64,000 nt of DNA from Tubiluchus corallicola. Taxonomy: Eukaryota > Animalia > Priapulida. A model generated the notes under the pieces. That model saw only the letters and a program-made list of their open reading frames with translations, did not search any database and had not been told where the DNA came from. Positions 1-13,675 of the stretch are shown here, one piece after another; position 1 is the stretch's first letter; every line of letters starts with the position of its first letter. Position numbers and translations under genes: made by a program. The stretch lies in assembly GCA_030141605.1 (NCBI GenBank), contig JAQGDQ010000001.1, positions 1,922,001 to 1,986,000 on the forward strand. The letters are read 5' to 3'.

Positions 1-3000
1 ATAGGGTGTGTCTTCCTTGTATACAGGCATATGGTAGTAATGGTATGTAACTGATAGTGCACAGGTCTGGTGCACATCATGTGCATCAAGTTGTGTAACA
101 AAATGACGCTTAATTTGTTGGTATTTGTAAGTATCCTAGTGATTTTGACACGATCTTCAGATGCTAGGTGAACTTTGCGATGTCTTTAGTTTTTCAGTTC
201 TTTTACTATTATTCACGTTTTAAGTAGGAAATGCTTTTTGTTTTAACTAAAGGCAGAAGTAGTTCTGATGCTTCATAAAAAAGCTGGAATCCGTTTGAAA
301 TATATGTGAGAATCTAGTGACAACCAGATTCCTTAAAAAGTCACAAAGTATTAAATAATCTTGCATAAAATTGACTTTCTCATTTTTTTCATGCAATCAT
401 TGTTGGCTACATCACCACATTATTAAGAACATACAACTTACGCAAATTAAAGTTTTTTTATCTTTGCTGACTACTTAAAGCCCATTCATGGCCCCATAAG
501 TTAAGAAATAAATGATCACATTTTGCATACAAAAAGTATAGATTGAACATAAATGATGGCAATGAATCTATCATTAAGGTCAAAGTAGCGCTGAAGGCAA
601 AATATAGACATTGCTCATGACCCTATCATATTAAATTTTAAAAACCGCTTCATATTGCATTTTTGCAATATTTGTTCTAGTACATGTATTACTATTGTAA
701 TTCACAAAAACATTTCAGATAAAACCATCCTACTTATACCAGCCTACAATTTCTCAAGCGCGTTTTAGTTGACTTGAACAGCGCAAGCTTTTATACAAGT
801 GTAACAATTTTATTTCTAGTGGTTCTTCATATTTCCTTAACCGCAGAGCCAAAGGAACAGCAAATTAAGTTTCAGTTTTTTACCATCGAATCTCACTACA
901 GGTGGAATTAAAAGCCCTGGGGCGGCAAGACAGGGTGTTGCCAAATGCGCAGACTAAATACCCACCGACGTAGTAACACTAACCGTATAACCCTGCCTCA
1001 AAACTTCCTAATTAAAATTCGACAAAATTTTGCTATTTTGCACCAAACCCACGACAAGAAGTTGTGTGACAAGCAATTGTGTGGACTCTTCAATCAAATT
1101 ATTTTATTTCTGGCCATCACATAATAGAATGCACACCTACATAAGCTGAATAGTTACTATACAGCTTATTTTAATAATTGCTATAGAGAAATAAATATAA
1201 CAGCAGTTTCATTTGTTTAAGTATGTCAGTCTTGGCCTGAGCCTAGTTGCTGTGACATTAATGTTGCAATTTTGTTGCGGAGGGTGGCAACTATAACGTC
1301 AATGCAAAATTTAACCAGCGCCCCTTGTGAAGACAGAGCCGCCATGCCACTACCTCATAGTCGTTTAACTTGCTTCTAACCGTATCACCAGTATACATAA
1401 TTACTCAAGACGCAAATTCCCCATCCATAAAGTGTAGGAAGCAAACGCTGTCATTCTACCTGTTCAGTTTTTTCTCGATCACTCCTATGGATTAATTGTT
1501 CTCTAACAATTTAGTTCTTTGAAAAAACGTAAAAATGATCACTTTTGAAGGCATAAGGCAAACTGGCAGTGCGACATTTAAAAAGTAGGAATTATCAGAA
1601 AGCGGAAAACTTAACCTTGCTGCAATAATAAAGCATTGACGCCACGCTAAAACTTTCGGACGTTGCACATACCTCGTTACTAATTTTTTTGGTCTATTGC
1701 ATATAATGGATTGAAGCAGATGAGAGCGAAACTATGCTTTGAAAGTAACATTAAAATGTCCTCAGGGCTGCTTTAAAGGTGAAGATCATCACCGACGACC
1801 TGACTACTGATGGCTTGGCTAACAAGCCCACCTTCTGTCGGCGAAGACACGTTGAAGCTCTGCAATCTCATTAGATTTGTTGGAAGCCATGAACTATATT
1901 CAGCGTGCGTGTCAATAACAGCTTTGCTACATTCTTTCACAAATCCTATGATCTCCAAATTATTAGACCTTGCATATCTTCACCAAGAATGTAGTTCACC
2001 ATACCTTCGAAGATTATCTTTTGTTTACATACATCTCGAATATACCAGTATAGCTTTTGTAAAGCAATTTCGCTCATGCACTTTGTTTAAACGATCACTT
2101 TCCCTTATACAAATGGTTTTAGAAAAAATCCGGTTGTTCAGTCAATTCACTCTGTCTGTTACACTTTTTCAACTTTATAACTCCAAATGAGTTTAAATAA
2201 TTCCTAAAATATTTATCCATTTGAGTTGGGATTTACTATGATGATTAGTTAAGATATCCGTGGTTTGAAAAGAAAAATGGTAGCTATTAGTCATTTATTA
2301 ATTAGCTAAGTTAATTAGAGCTTCTTTAATTAATTAATTTCTATTTTATTTAAATCGTTTGTTCCCAAGATCCAAACAAGTTGAAATTTGGCAGTGTGAT
2401 AGCTAGGATGTCCTTAGTTGAAGAAAAGTTATAACAAGTGGTTAATTAGTTAATTAATTAGAGCAGCTCAATTTGTTAATTTTGAATTGATTTCAATTGC
2501 AGACGTGCATGGTACCAAAACAAAAATTTTTGCAAAGCCTCATTCATTTAATGGCCTTCAGCCAGTTCTGATATGATTTAGTTTGCATTTATCCTTCGAA
2601 ACCTTGATCCTCGGGTATTAATTTTGCACATTTTGTAGCTAGAAGCTTGATAATTGAATACTTTTTTTATACAAATACTTGTTAAGCTGAATATATATAA
2701 TCGCTTACTAATAGATAATCTGGGTATATAAAAAGGAAAAAGTAAAAGTAGTAAGCACAATTGGTAATCTGGACTACATTAAAAGAATAAAGTACGCAAA
2801 GTATGAATATGGACTTAGCAATTACTTAGTCACATGCATTTTTATGTGTCCAAATATTTATTCATTTGGAAATACATTTGTATAATATGTAGAAACAATA
2901 AAAAATATGCAGTTTGCATTAATGATTTGATATAACATCATGTAAATAATTAATGGCAAGAATCCGAAGTAAAGACTTGTTAGTTGCTTGCGCCATTGTA

Positions 3001-4559
3001 AACACATAGTATGAAGCTGTAAGTCACAAAATATACGATTTTATGCAGTTGGAACTTGCAAGTGTCTGTGGTATATCAGTTTTCAGCGCTACTAGTTGTT
3101 GGCGTATCAAGTACCCGGAATAGCAACGGATAGTTAACAAGCGTCTGAGTTAAGAAGTGTCTAGGTAAAAGTGTGCACATAGCAGGTGTTTATATTACCA
3201 ACTGTCCGAGTTACCAATCATGTACCCGTGCATTAACAAGTTTGCGGATTATAGTCGTTATCGAGTGACCTGGTCATCGACTATGCACTTCCAAAGGATC
3301 AGAATTACTGCGTGTCCAGCAGTCATTTTTTACGAAATTATGACCGGAGGGGCATTTCCCTAGGGATGCAAGCAGCTACGTGGTCTGCGAGGGCTGTAAG
3401 CTCACCTTGCGGTATATGGTATCCGGCATTTCACTGCATTCCAGGACATTTTCCACACATTTACAGACATTTTAAGACAGTTTCTTGTGTCTAGAGCAAG
3501 TTATTTTGGTTGAAACAAATAAGCATTCAAGTTTTTATAGACCTTGAAGCGTTACTGAAAAGGTTAAGTCAACTCAATTTTTATGTCTCAGCTATTGTTT
3601 TTATCAAACTTGCAATTGCAACTATCGAACTTCAGTCAGGACAACATAGAACACCAAGTGTTCAGTGAATATAGTATCGTGATGTACAGTTAAATTGCTA
3701 TACTAGTTGTACTGATGCTAAATTTTGTGACGCACATTTATTTACTGTTTTGTGATGCACTAGATATTTTTGAAATAAAATGTTATATTATTTTAATAAA
3801 ATACTAATGCAAAGTTGCGATGTCTTCTTCATTCTAAAAGCTAAACATCAAAAACTGAATTAAGTTGAAATTGTGTCATCGTACATTACCCCATATGTTT
3901 AATTTTGTGAACCAATGATTCTTAAAAATGTTGTAAGAGTTAAGAAATAGTGAGTCATTAAAAATTTAATAAACAAAAATTAAAAATGAGTACAATATTG
4001 AATTTTATTTATGCCCAAAAGTCTCGTGCCCAAGCATCCCCGTGCCCAAATGTCCCATGCCTAACCTGTCCAAATATCACGTATACCCAATATCCAAAAT
4101 CTGACGCTGGCAGTTGAGATGTATAGCTGCAGCTTGATCAATGGCGAAACATTATAATGATCATGTGTTTATAAGGCTACTATAAAATTAATAACGGCCT
4201 TTAATAAGTTGGTGACATTTAGTGATTCATGCCGAGGAACTTTTTGTACATAACAATAAGTAGCAATGAAGGTTTACTTAGCGATATTGTAAGTGGTCGT
4301 TGGTCACATGAACAAGGCAGCTGAACTAGTATTGCATATTAGTTTCTCAGAAACCGCTGCTTCAATATTGCTACTACTATTATGTGATCGCTTAACTATG
4401 CAAATGGATCAAAAATAAATGGGTAACCATCATATTCTCAACGCCGATACAGTAGGTTTTTTATTCTGATAACTCTATTCCGTTAGTTTATTCAGATTTA
4501 ATTAATTAATTAAGATTCTGCTAAGATCTTACTGTTTTTCATTGGGTTATTTATTAATA

Positions 4560-6050
4560 TTATTATTTATTCTCCGCCATTTTAGCGCTTAATAACTCGT
4601 AAGTCTTGCAAGCCAGGGTCACCAAACTCACAGGGGGGGGGGGGGTGCCCTGGGCGGGGGACGTACAACAATGTAGCAACCGCTGACCACTGGTAAAGGG
4701 GAAAGGGCAGTGGGCGTTGGTCAGTTTTTCCTTTAGGTCGCATCTCCTCCTAGGACTTTCCGAAATTTTTTTCACAAGTATTTGTGTGCACCTGGGGTTT
4801 TAAAAAGCTGACAAGCTTTAAATGCCCGAATGAGGGGCCAAAATGCAAAATTTGGTGTCCCCCTTATTGGTGACCCTTTACATGTTGAGGGCTAGGGACA
4901 CAAAACTCAGAGAGTGTACACTCTCTTGTCATAGTTATCTGTGTATACAGGTGACTGGAGTTGCCGGGTCAAAGGTCACGGAGTGGGCAAGTTTTCATTT
5001 ATTTTTCTTTTTGATCCAACTGCTCCCACAGTTTCTGAGCTAGGACCACAATATTTGGTATGTTGCTAGGCAGGGTCGTGGCCTTGCATATCAGAAAATA
5101 CTGGATATGCGCGTATAAGAAAGTTTTCCGCTAGGGGCGAAAACCGAAAAATAGGGGTCGGCAACAGAAATGCATGGAGTGTTGAGCCATGGTACCTTGT
5201 AGCATATCAAATAAAAGGTCTTGATGAGGCGAGTCGAATGACATAGTTTACAATGAGAATAGTTAACCCGCGACCCCGCTAGGGGGCAAAACCGAAAAAT
5301 GGGGGTCGGGAATAGAAATGCGTGAAGTGTTGAGCAAAGCTACCTTGTATACCAAATGAATGGTGTCGATGAAGTGGATCGAATGGCATAGACTGCGATT
5401 AGAATAGCTAATGCGCGAGCCCGCTAGGGGGCAAAAAACCGAAAAAACCAGGAACAGAAATGCATCGAGTGTCTACGAATAGTACCTTATAGCATATAAA
5501 ATGAAAGGTCTTTATGAGGCAAACCGAATGGTATAGTTACAGTGTGAATCGTTAACCTGTGACCCAGTTATGGGCAAAATAAGGCTCGAAGAGACAAATG
5601 TTTTCCAGGATCTACCAAAAGTAGGTTGTTGCATATCAAATGAAAGGTCTCAGTGAGTTTTAATGGCATAAGTCATGTCAAGACCTATGGCCGACCTCCG
5701 ATCCCAGCAGGGGCAAAATAGGGATGGGGGTTGAGAAGACAAATGCCTTTAAGAGTTAACCGAAACTAGCTTGTAGTACATCAAATGAAAGGTCTCAATG
5801 AGAGAAACTAAACGAAATAAGTTATGTCGACATTGGTTGACTTTTGACCCGTGGGTGACGGCCTGAACAGTTAAATGCTGAGGTTTCATTGCATTGCGAA
5901 ATGCTATGTTCTCGAGCAAGGTGAATTCAATAAAAGAAAATAAGCTCTTTTAAAAAAGGCTGTCGTTTCTTAATTTTTAAAGCTGAATTTTACAACTATT
6001 GTTTGCAAAATCTTCAGTTTCTGACCACGTCAGAAGCATTGTCAACTAGT
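4560..6050 (+). mobile_element. Non-autonomous Helitron-like element with an internal ~145-bp tandem array
   Basis: 3' end has hairpin TTCTGAC-cac-GTCAGAA (6019-6035) followed 10 nt later by CTAG|T (6046-6050); GC-richer than flanks; five diverged tandem units at ~5128-5850. 5' boundary approximate. Confidence 0.6.
5128..5850. repeat. Five diverged tandem copies of a ~145-bp unit
   Basis: Units start near 5128, 5276, 5421, 5564 and 5703, each with cc..taggggg(c)aaaa...agaaatgc...(at)caaatgaaaggtct. Confidence 0.85.
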
Positions 6051-7272
6051 TTTTATTATTTATTATCGTTTTTGCTACTGTGATCTTTCGAATGATGTTT
6101 AATCATGTATCAACTGGTAAGTTCAACTCATCTCATTTGCAAGCTATTACAAACTCCAGTAGATCAACACTCCACAAACTTATACCTCGTTAACATAATG
6201 TTCACATCCGAATTTGTTATTTCATATCTCAAAACTCTCCCCTTGCCTTGTCTTATTTTTGCAAGATTCTTAATACAGTTCTAATACAACAGAACTATAA
6301 ATAAAAAGTTAAAAAATAAGTTGACTATATGACCTTTGATCTAGACAATTTGCATTATCTTCAGTGGTATAAAATTTTCGAGTAACATGTTTGCGTTATG
6401 GTACATGTATAAGTAAAACTAAAACTCATGTTACGAAAGAGGATACCTAGTTATACGATTGTTGAGTGTTGCTCTACAGTAGTTTGTAAAATTAATGATA
6501 ACCATAAAGAAAAAATTTGAACCATGCCAGTGAACCCTCAATCAAGCCCTTGAACCATAACGTGTTGAAAAATTCAGCTAGATTCACTATCATGGGAAGA
6601 TGCCATCCAACAATTTTCCGTATTTCTAAAACTTGAGGGCAAAGACAATACAACACTGGTGTTGTACACTTACGCACAGAAATTGTATCTTACTTGCAAT
6701 TTGTAAAAGCTTACCAAAGTTGCAACAGAAACATTGCATTTAATCTACTAGGATCTTCAAATGAGTAGGGTTTAAAGACATGGTATAAAGCATCGTAAGG
6801 CAACTCTCTACGAACTTTACTTTGTATTCTCCTTTCACAGTACGAATTTTAGTTTTATTTGCACTGTTACAACAACACGATCATGTTACACAAGATCGAA
6901 ATAAAGCAACGTAGTAAATGAATTAGTGACCACCAAAAATAGCTTCTGCGAAAATTTTATCGGCTATTTGTCTCTATGAAAAAGGACGTACATATTTCCG
7001 TGCATTGCTAATTCAGAATGTCATCGTAGATTATACTGTTTAATAATAAGCAAGATTCCGATCTTGCCACAGCTACCAATGTAATAGGTCGGCTTTACTT
7101 TGGTCTACTGGGCCCAAGTAAAGAATATACATCGCTCGCTTAACTTGAAATAAGAATACTCTTTTCACAGGTCCCTACACTCTGGGCTTTTCATTTGAAA
7201 AGTGTTGGAGTTACATACCAACCGCCGTCCTTTATCACAAAAACTAATATTTTTTACACATATTAAACTCAC

Positions 7273-7659
7273 ATAGGAAATCATTGGTATTCCGAAGGAA
7301 CCAGCAAGCTTAGCCTCACAAACACAAGTCTCTTGTGGCCCAATAATGGCAGATATGTTCCTTTGCCAAAACAAAGCAGTGTTCTTCAGACTTTCTGCAG
7401 ACTTTCCAAACGTTTCACCTATCACGAATTGAAGAGTGTCATTTGGCAGAATATCTTGCCGTGAGTTAATTTCGTCTAAGGCTAACGTGAGTGCCCCGCT
7501 AATAGACAAACCTGGTCGGTTGTATATTTCGTCGCTCGGCAGCCGCTGACTTCCGGTTAAGTATCCCAATGTAAAAGTCGCGTGAGACAAATGAAGTGTC
7601 CAAATGACACACACTGCTGACAACAATAAACATGAGAATCTTCTCCTGTTTAATGCCAT
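7273..7659 (-). CDS. Receptor guanylyl cyclase-type gene A, coding exon 1 (signal peptide + start of ANF-receptor/periplasmic-binding-fold ectodomain); remainder lies left of the window
   Basis: ATG at 7659, hydrophobic signal (FSCLLLSAVCVIWTLHLSHA), motifs TLGYLTGS..R......Y.RPG.SISGALTLA..EIN....LPN..L and IIGPQETCVCEAKLA..F.IPMISY. Ends at phase-0 donor TAT|GTGAGT (7273/7272), the same position as in paralog B. No exon 2 recognised in 1-7272. Confidence 0.9.
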
Positions 7660-8399
7660 TCCTGTCTTAATGTTAAAAATCAATCACATTTTCGAGAATC
7701 AAAACCGCATTATTTCGTTGGTCTAAAAGATTTACAATCAACTTCTGAGAACTGCCGTTTCTTTTGGACATTTAGCTTGACCCGCTCGTTTCAGTTTGTT
7801 ACCGTTGAAGCTAGTTGGCTTCCAAATGAAGCCGCTTTATTAAGAACCTGATGACGTAGAACAGACTTCTCATGCCTCGCTTCCATTCAACGCCCCATAG
7901 GGTGTACAGATTTATCAACATTTATCATGCGAGTAATTAGAGTTATTCTACAACTTTTTTTCGAGTAAATAACGCTGCAGTAGTGTTTATAATAATATTA
8001 ACAGAAATACTTGTTGGGAACACATGTTTTGCATTTTTTATGCAGTTCAAAATGCCATAGTCCAGTACTCAACAAGTCCTACTGTTAACGAACGGGTTGC
8101 AGTGTTACAAGAACTCGAACCAGCAGAACTGTTTTAAGTACGTTCTACTGTGATTACATCCTTTCTCAACAAAAGGTTTTTTTCAAAACGAGTAACGACG
8201 TCAACATATAAAATCGGCACGGATCACGTATGTAGGCAGTAAAATAATGCAATTTAAGAACGCCGATCTGGATAAAGAAAATAAATAAAAATAAATAAAT
8301 AGATCTTTATTTTGTTATATTATAAAAATAGTAACACAGCCCTCTATTTGCAGGGAAAAACTCTACTAATATACACATTTACATATTTAATATTGCGAT

Positions 8400-8930
8400 T
8401 ACCAAGTTAATGCAAGGAACTAAACAAAATAATGTAAATAAGAAAACAAAACATAATTAAAAAATCACCTAAATTTACAATGTGATTGGATGACTAATAA
8501 GAAATAATACTGAACAAATTACATACAGATAATGGTAAGCTTCGTGCAAATAGCTGTAATTAAGTAATGAGAACTGATCATTTCCAATCTAATTTATAAA
8601 GTCTTTGGTAATCATATCTTTAACAACATTTACAAGTACACAACAAACATTACTGTCTCGACAGCAGTATATATCTCTTAAATCATAACTTGGCAAACAC
8701 ACAAATTGCTGTCCGTTAGACTTAATAAATTATGAAAACTGTCACAACCACATCCTAGTAGCAAATTTAGTGCAGTTGACTCTATTCGGCGTCCATACCT
8801 TGCTGCAGGTAATTCAAATAGATTGAGAAGTACCATAGCTTCATCACTAGGTAATCTTGCCAACTGACTCCGATGCAGGATTCTCTTGGACCACAATGAT
8901 ATGAAAAAAATGTTCAGTATCTGATTTCCT
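8400..8930 (-). mobile_element. Degenerate 3' remnant of a non-LTR retrotransposon
   Basis: RYGRRIESTALNLLLGCG...LTDSNLCVCQ resembles the decayed RLRLGCS...DS..C.CG C-terminal zinc-knuckle region of LINE ORF2. Confidence 0.4.
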
Positions 8931-8980
8931 TACAATAAATGTTTCTAGCGGTAGGTCACTCAGGTTCGTCCTTTAACTAT

Positions 8981-9097
<117 letters not shown>

Positions 9098-9557
9098 GAT
9101 AGGTTGTTAAGTTGTGCAAATTCATTAAAATATTAACTGAATATAGAACAAAACATTATTTCTAATTAACCTCGGCCTCGCATTTGAACAAACATTTTAG
9201 AAAGGTTAATTTGTGATAAACTTGTCCTACATACTTTTGTTTAAAACCATTCGTGCCACGTTCCAGATGTACTCCCTTAACTCCTTTTATGCAGTTTTGA
9301 CGTCATTACGCTACAAAAGCAATTTTCATTTGAGGGAAATGATTGCCCTATTATTGGCGATAATGGATAGGTCAGAAATAATGGTCAATAAGTACGACAA
9401 GTCACTCAGAAATTACAGCCCATTGCGCATTAACTGTTAAAGGTATTTTGGAAATCAGCTTTTGTTTTTAATCCTATGTAGGCTAAGTTAAGATATGACT
9501 GCCAAGAGGCCTTTCGGCAGATTCTGCAACACCGGTCTTATTTAAACAACATATTAA

Positions 9558-11495
9558 CCCTCTACTGCTCAACATGACACCGATTAAAAACTTTGCAAAG
9601 CACATTTGCTCACAGCAGACCACTGAGGCTGTGAAATAGCACCACTAGGCATTATGAGCATCAGCATAGTAGTGTAGACTAACACTAGATGTCACAAAAA
9701 GTGTTTTGTTCTACGTGGCGTTGTCTGTTTCAGTGGTATGTGACTATGAGTTTTTAGCCTTTCCAAGTAGTAATTTTAAACCAATACAGCTTTGTGAAAA
9801 TATTTGTGCCAAATATTAATGAAGGCAGCTGGTGTGTTATAAAAAAATCGTATATATTAATTCTGCTGCTATATATATATATATATTTATATATACATAA
9901 GATTCGAGGCTACAGCTTCGACGACGGCACCTTATAACTTTAATTCAGTAAAAGCTCTACTGGCTTTGCGTTATAAATGAGGACTATGTAGGATGTTCGC
10001 GCATTATTGATTATAAGTGTATTTACACGCAAATTTTTTTGCGGGGCCTTTGCTAGTACGATATTAATTCTGCTGGTATGGGCTTTATATATATAAGATT
10101 CGAGGCTACAGCTCCGACGACGGCACCATTTGCGACGACCTATACGTCAAACGAAAGGTCTCGATCTAGTGTCGTGCCATTGGGGGTTTATTTTTCGAAT
10201 CGGGCCCACCGGGAGGAACGGGGGGGGGGCGAAAAACTTCCAAAAATGGCCATTTTCGGCCGTTTTTTGCAAAAGTTATACGTCTGAGATCTGGAGAACG
10301 GGAACGGGCCATGGGTGGTGCCGGCCATGGATAGATAGCCCGTTCGTCGGTGGGTGTCATAGGCGTATTTAGAATTTGCGAGAGGGCCACGGCGCCCCGT
10401 AACGGGCGTTTACCCGGACCCCACTCGCGATTTTTCGAAATTTTGACCAAACAGCCTCCGGAAAAAACTTTCTAGCGGCGCCTGGTGGACTCTTAGAAGG
10501 AGATAAACGGCTCTTCAGAAACGGAAAGGACAGGGCTACACGATGATGTGGACTATGTTTTAGTACACATCCACCAAAAGGAGTACCAACGAGTTAATTA
10601 GATGTTCTATTTTCGGCAATTTTCGCTTGGACAACTGCTGACGCAAAGCCATTGTTCTGACGTCATGCATTATACTCTGCCTATAACCTTATAACTTTAA
10701 TTCAGTAAAAGCTGCTGGCTTTGTGTTATGAAAATAAACACTAAGTAGGATGTTCGCGCATTGTTGATTATAAGTGGATTAATAAGCAAAATTTTTTGCG
10801 GGGCCTTTGCTAGTAAAATAATATTTTACCTTCTTTGTAATTACTGACGTCACCTGACAGCAACAATGCTTACCGTGCATCCCAACATGCGCATATTACA
10901 TTATATCGTTTGTTACAACAACATGAAATTTACTAGTTAGGTTGTAATAATTCCGTTATCTTTACAAAATAATTGCTTGTTTTGGTTTCTCTATCTTTGT
11001 ACGTGACTAGTGATTATAAATCTTAAACATTTTATGAGGCTAAATATAAAATACTTATGGTGTTGAGAAAATTGTATTAGGGTAAGAGTACTCCCATGAT
11101 TATTGTAAATGGAAGTGCACAATATAAACCTGGGCAAAACTGTCACACCGACATTCTTGCTCTTGAGGTTGTAAAAGAACAAAATGATGGATTGGTCGGC
11201 AGAAGAGAATACACGAATGATTTGAGAACCAAACTGTGGCAAAATTTAGCATACTATCGGATATCGATTTTTCTTATCCCTACATGCGTCCAGCGTTAGT
11301 TCGAAGTCACATTTTCATATGTTTTGTGTAAATATTTTGTTCAGTAATTACTGGTAACAAAAATGTTTGAACAAATATCAAATATTTATGGTTAGATTGT
11401 GTTTTTATTCAGAAATGTGCTGACATCTATTTATCACTTATTTCTGAAAACAAATTTTTTACATAGCATTTAGTAATTTGGACGACAGTAAAGGG
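9558..11495. mobile_element. Non-autonomous piggyBac-like element
   Basis: TTAA|CCCTCTACTG ... CAGTAAAGGG|TTAA: TTAA on both sides (9554-9557, 11496-11499), CCC/GGG termini and an imperfect TIR. Possible transposase relic QYKPGQNCHTD near 11120. Confidence 0.7.
9857..10814 (+). mobile_element. Head-to-tail pair of Helitron-like elements (deleted copy ~9857-10058, longer copy ~10064-10814) nested in the piggyBac-like element
   Basis: Both start attaattctgctg...ataagattcgaggctacagct.cgacgacggcacc and end gcaaa(a)ttttttgcggggcctttgCTAGT (hairpin plus CTAG). Confidence 0.7.
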
Positions 11496-11985
11496 TTAAA
11501 ACCTGCTTTGTATCGTGAATTTTCTAGAGTCTAGTTGAACGCCTATTCTCGATGCCGCCTCTCTTTGATAATTTTTTGTCCATAGTTCTTCGTCGTCGGT
11601 TTTTTGTTTGTTTATTTAAAACCAAAATTGACACACGAATCAAGAAAAGCATTTTTACAAATAAACAAATACTAAAAAGTAAAAAGATTTTACTACAGTT
11701 ACATCTTGTCTTCAATTGCGTTTTTAACAGTATATAGAACTTTAGAATTACTTCAGTAATGAAATCTATATTTATTAACGTGCGGAAATTTAAAAGCATC
11801 TTTTCCGTGAAACGTTGCAGTATTACATTCATATAGATTTGATGGTGAAAATGACAAGCAAACAGCTGTTTACACACAGTTTATAGCTAATAACTGCAGA
11901 AAAACTGAACTCTATACTTTCAGTTAAATAGCAACGTTAATGTTTCAAGTTTGACACTAAACTAATAATTACGTGCATGACTAAT

Positions 11986-12240
11986 ATTGAAAAGTGGCTT
12001 CAAAAAGATCTACCATCTCTCTCCCTTTGATTAGCTTATTTGGCTCCATCTATCGATCAAACATTTAAACTAGCATGTAACAAACGGTTGTTTCGGTTAA
12101 GGAGCTGCAGGCGGATTGAAAAGTGGCTTCAAAAAGATCTAGCATCTCTCTCCTGATTAGCTAATTTGGCTCCATCTGTCGATCGAACATTTAAACTAGC
12201 ATGTAACAAACGGTTGCTTCGGTTAAAGAGCTGCAGACGG
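11986..12240. repeat. Direct tandem duplication, ~129-bp unit x2
   Basis: attgaaaagtggcttcaaaaagatcta...gagctgcag occurs at ~11986 and ~12115 with few differences. Confidence 0.92.
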
Positions 12241-12892
12241 AGTGAAAACTGCATTGCGAAATCAGCTTTCCAGGAAAATCATCTGTACATAAAAAATGTG
12301 CTAGTATGATTTGCAAAAACACATTAAAATAAAAATTGACTTATGTTAAGTAGGTTACCTTTTGCAAAGGCATACAGCTTAATGACATTTCCATCTCTTC
12401 AAATTCAGTGTTAACAACCAACATGACCGCCTCTTTACAGGTACACTTATAATCATGTTAAATTACAAAGGGCACAAAACTACGTAAACCTGCTAGTTTT
12501 TTTCTTGAACTGCAGATTTCTTGCTAGTCCTTTAGTGTAGTTGAAGGCTGCAATACGAATTTGGATTTTACATATTTCGTGTTCAATTTACATGTAAAAA
12601 TCGATTCTTTTAAAAAATTGCGACATAAAAAGTACTGGTACAATATTTCTGGAAAAAATTACTAGATTTATGACCCAGGGAAGCTTTTTATTTGATTCGT
12701 TAGGGTAATAATGACTAAAATACAATGGCATCTAGCCACATACATTATCGCATGTACTATTGTAATACGTGTATAAGGTAGGCCTTTTTAAAGCAGTCGC
12801 AATAGGCTTTATGGTTCGCGGACACTGCTCTACAATAGGCCAGAGCGATTCCTTTCCAACAAAATCACAATGTTTGCTGTAATTTAGAAATA

Positions 12893-13040
<148 letters not shown>

Positions 13041-13469
13041 TACTTTTCTATTCACAATTTCTTAAACCTGTTTATGGTAAAGTGCGAAAAGGAAACTTAT
13101 TTTTTATTGTTAAATAATTTGTCGCGTGGCGCAGAAAAAAAGCGCAGAAATTTATTGCAATGGCACGAGAAGCAAACGCTGTGCAAAGTGGAAATTTCAC
13201 AGCAAGATACTACACAACTCATTTGCTTTCAGTTTTGAAACTTGCGAGTTTATAGTTTAGAGAGTTTTTAAGTTATGACCAAAAAACTTTTGCATGTTAA
13301 AAATTTAAGCATCGGAACAAAGTCAGCTAATCATCAAATAGAATAATTTGTCCACGTCGACCTATTTAAAGCACTCACATGCAGGGCATTAAAAAATCAA
13401 CCTTTTTATATAATCGCCTTTACCACAGAAAATAAGGTAACAATAAAGATTTGTTGCCAAGAAAAGACA

Positions 13470-13675
13470 GAACTTGTGAAACCTGTGAACTACGGTATCC
13501 AAAATTCCCAAAGAAAGTTGCACGATGGCCGCACGGAGGAGCTTGATTTAAAAGAACTAAAGGCAAAAATTGTTGCGCGCTGGGATCAAATACTCCTTAA
13601 AGAAGCTAGAAACTGCCTGAGGAAAAGCCTTCTAGTTTGCAGTGAAAATGGTGGACATATAGAGCACTTCCCTGT
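13470..13675 (+). mobile_element. Tc1/mariner transposase C-terminal relic
   Basis: KPVNYGI...LKELKAKIVARWDQI...ENGGHIEH matches the LNP.DY.IW...L.ELK..I...W..I...GGHIE tail of Tc1-type transposases. Confidence 0.7.

Noticed and set aside
1773-2190. Overlapping 126-aa (+) and 61-aa (-) ORFs as exon 2 of rGC-A or another gene
   Set aside because: No FC...S.K..Y.TFART motif or other recognisable domain.
2995-3790. Possible solo LTR
   Set aside because: GC-richer core with short internal repeats, but I could not define TG...CA termini or a TSD.
5128-5850. Repeat array as a CRISPR-like locus
   Set aside because: Units are contiguous diverged tandem copies with no unique spacers, the context is eukaryotic, and no cas genes are present.
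7165-7272. C-terminal tails of the exon-1 ORFs (also 40433-40585)
   Set aside because: Read-through into intron 1 after conserved GT donors; similarity between paralogs ends exactly at PMISY.
7273-7659. rGC-A exon 1 as an alternative first exon of rGC-B
   Set aside because: It lies downstream of all rGC-B exons on the minus strand, so it must start a separate transcription unit.
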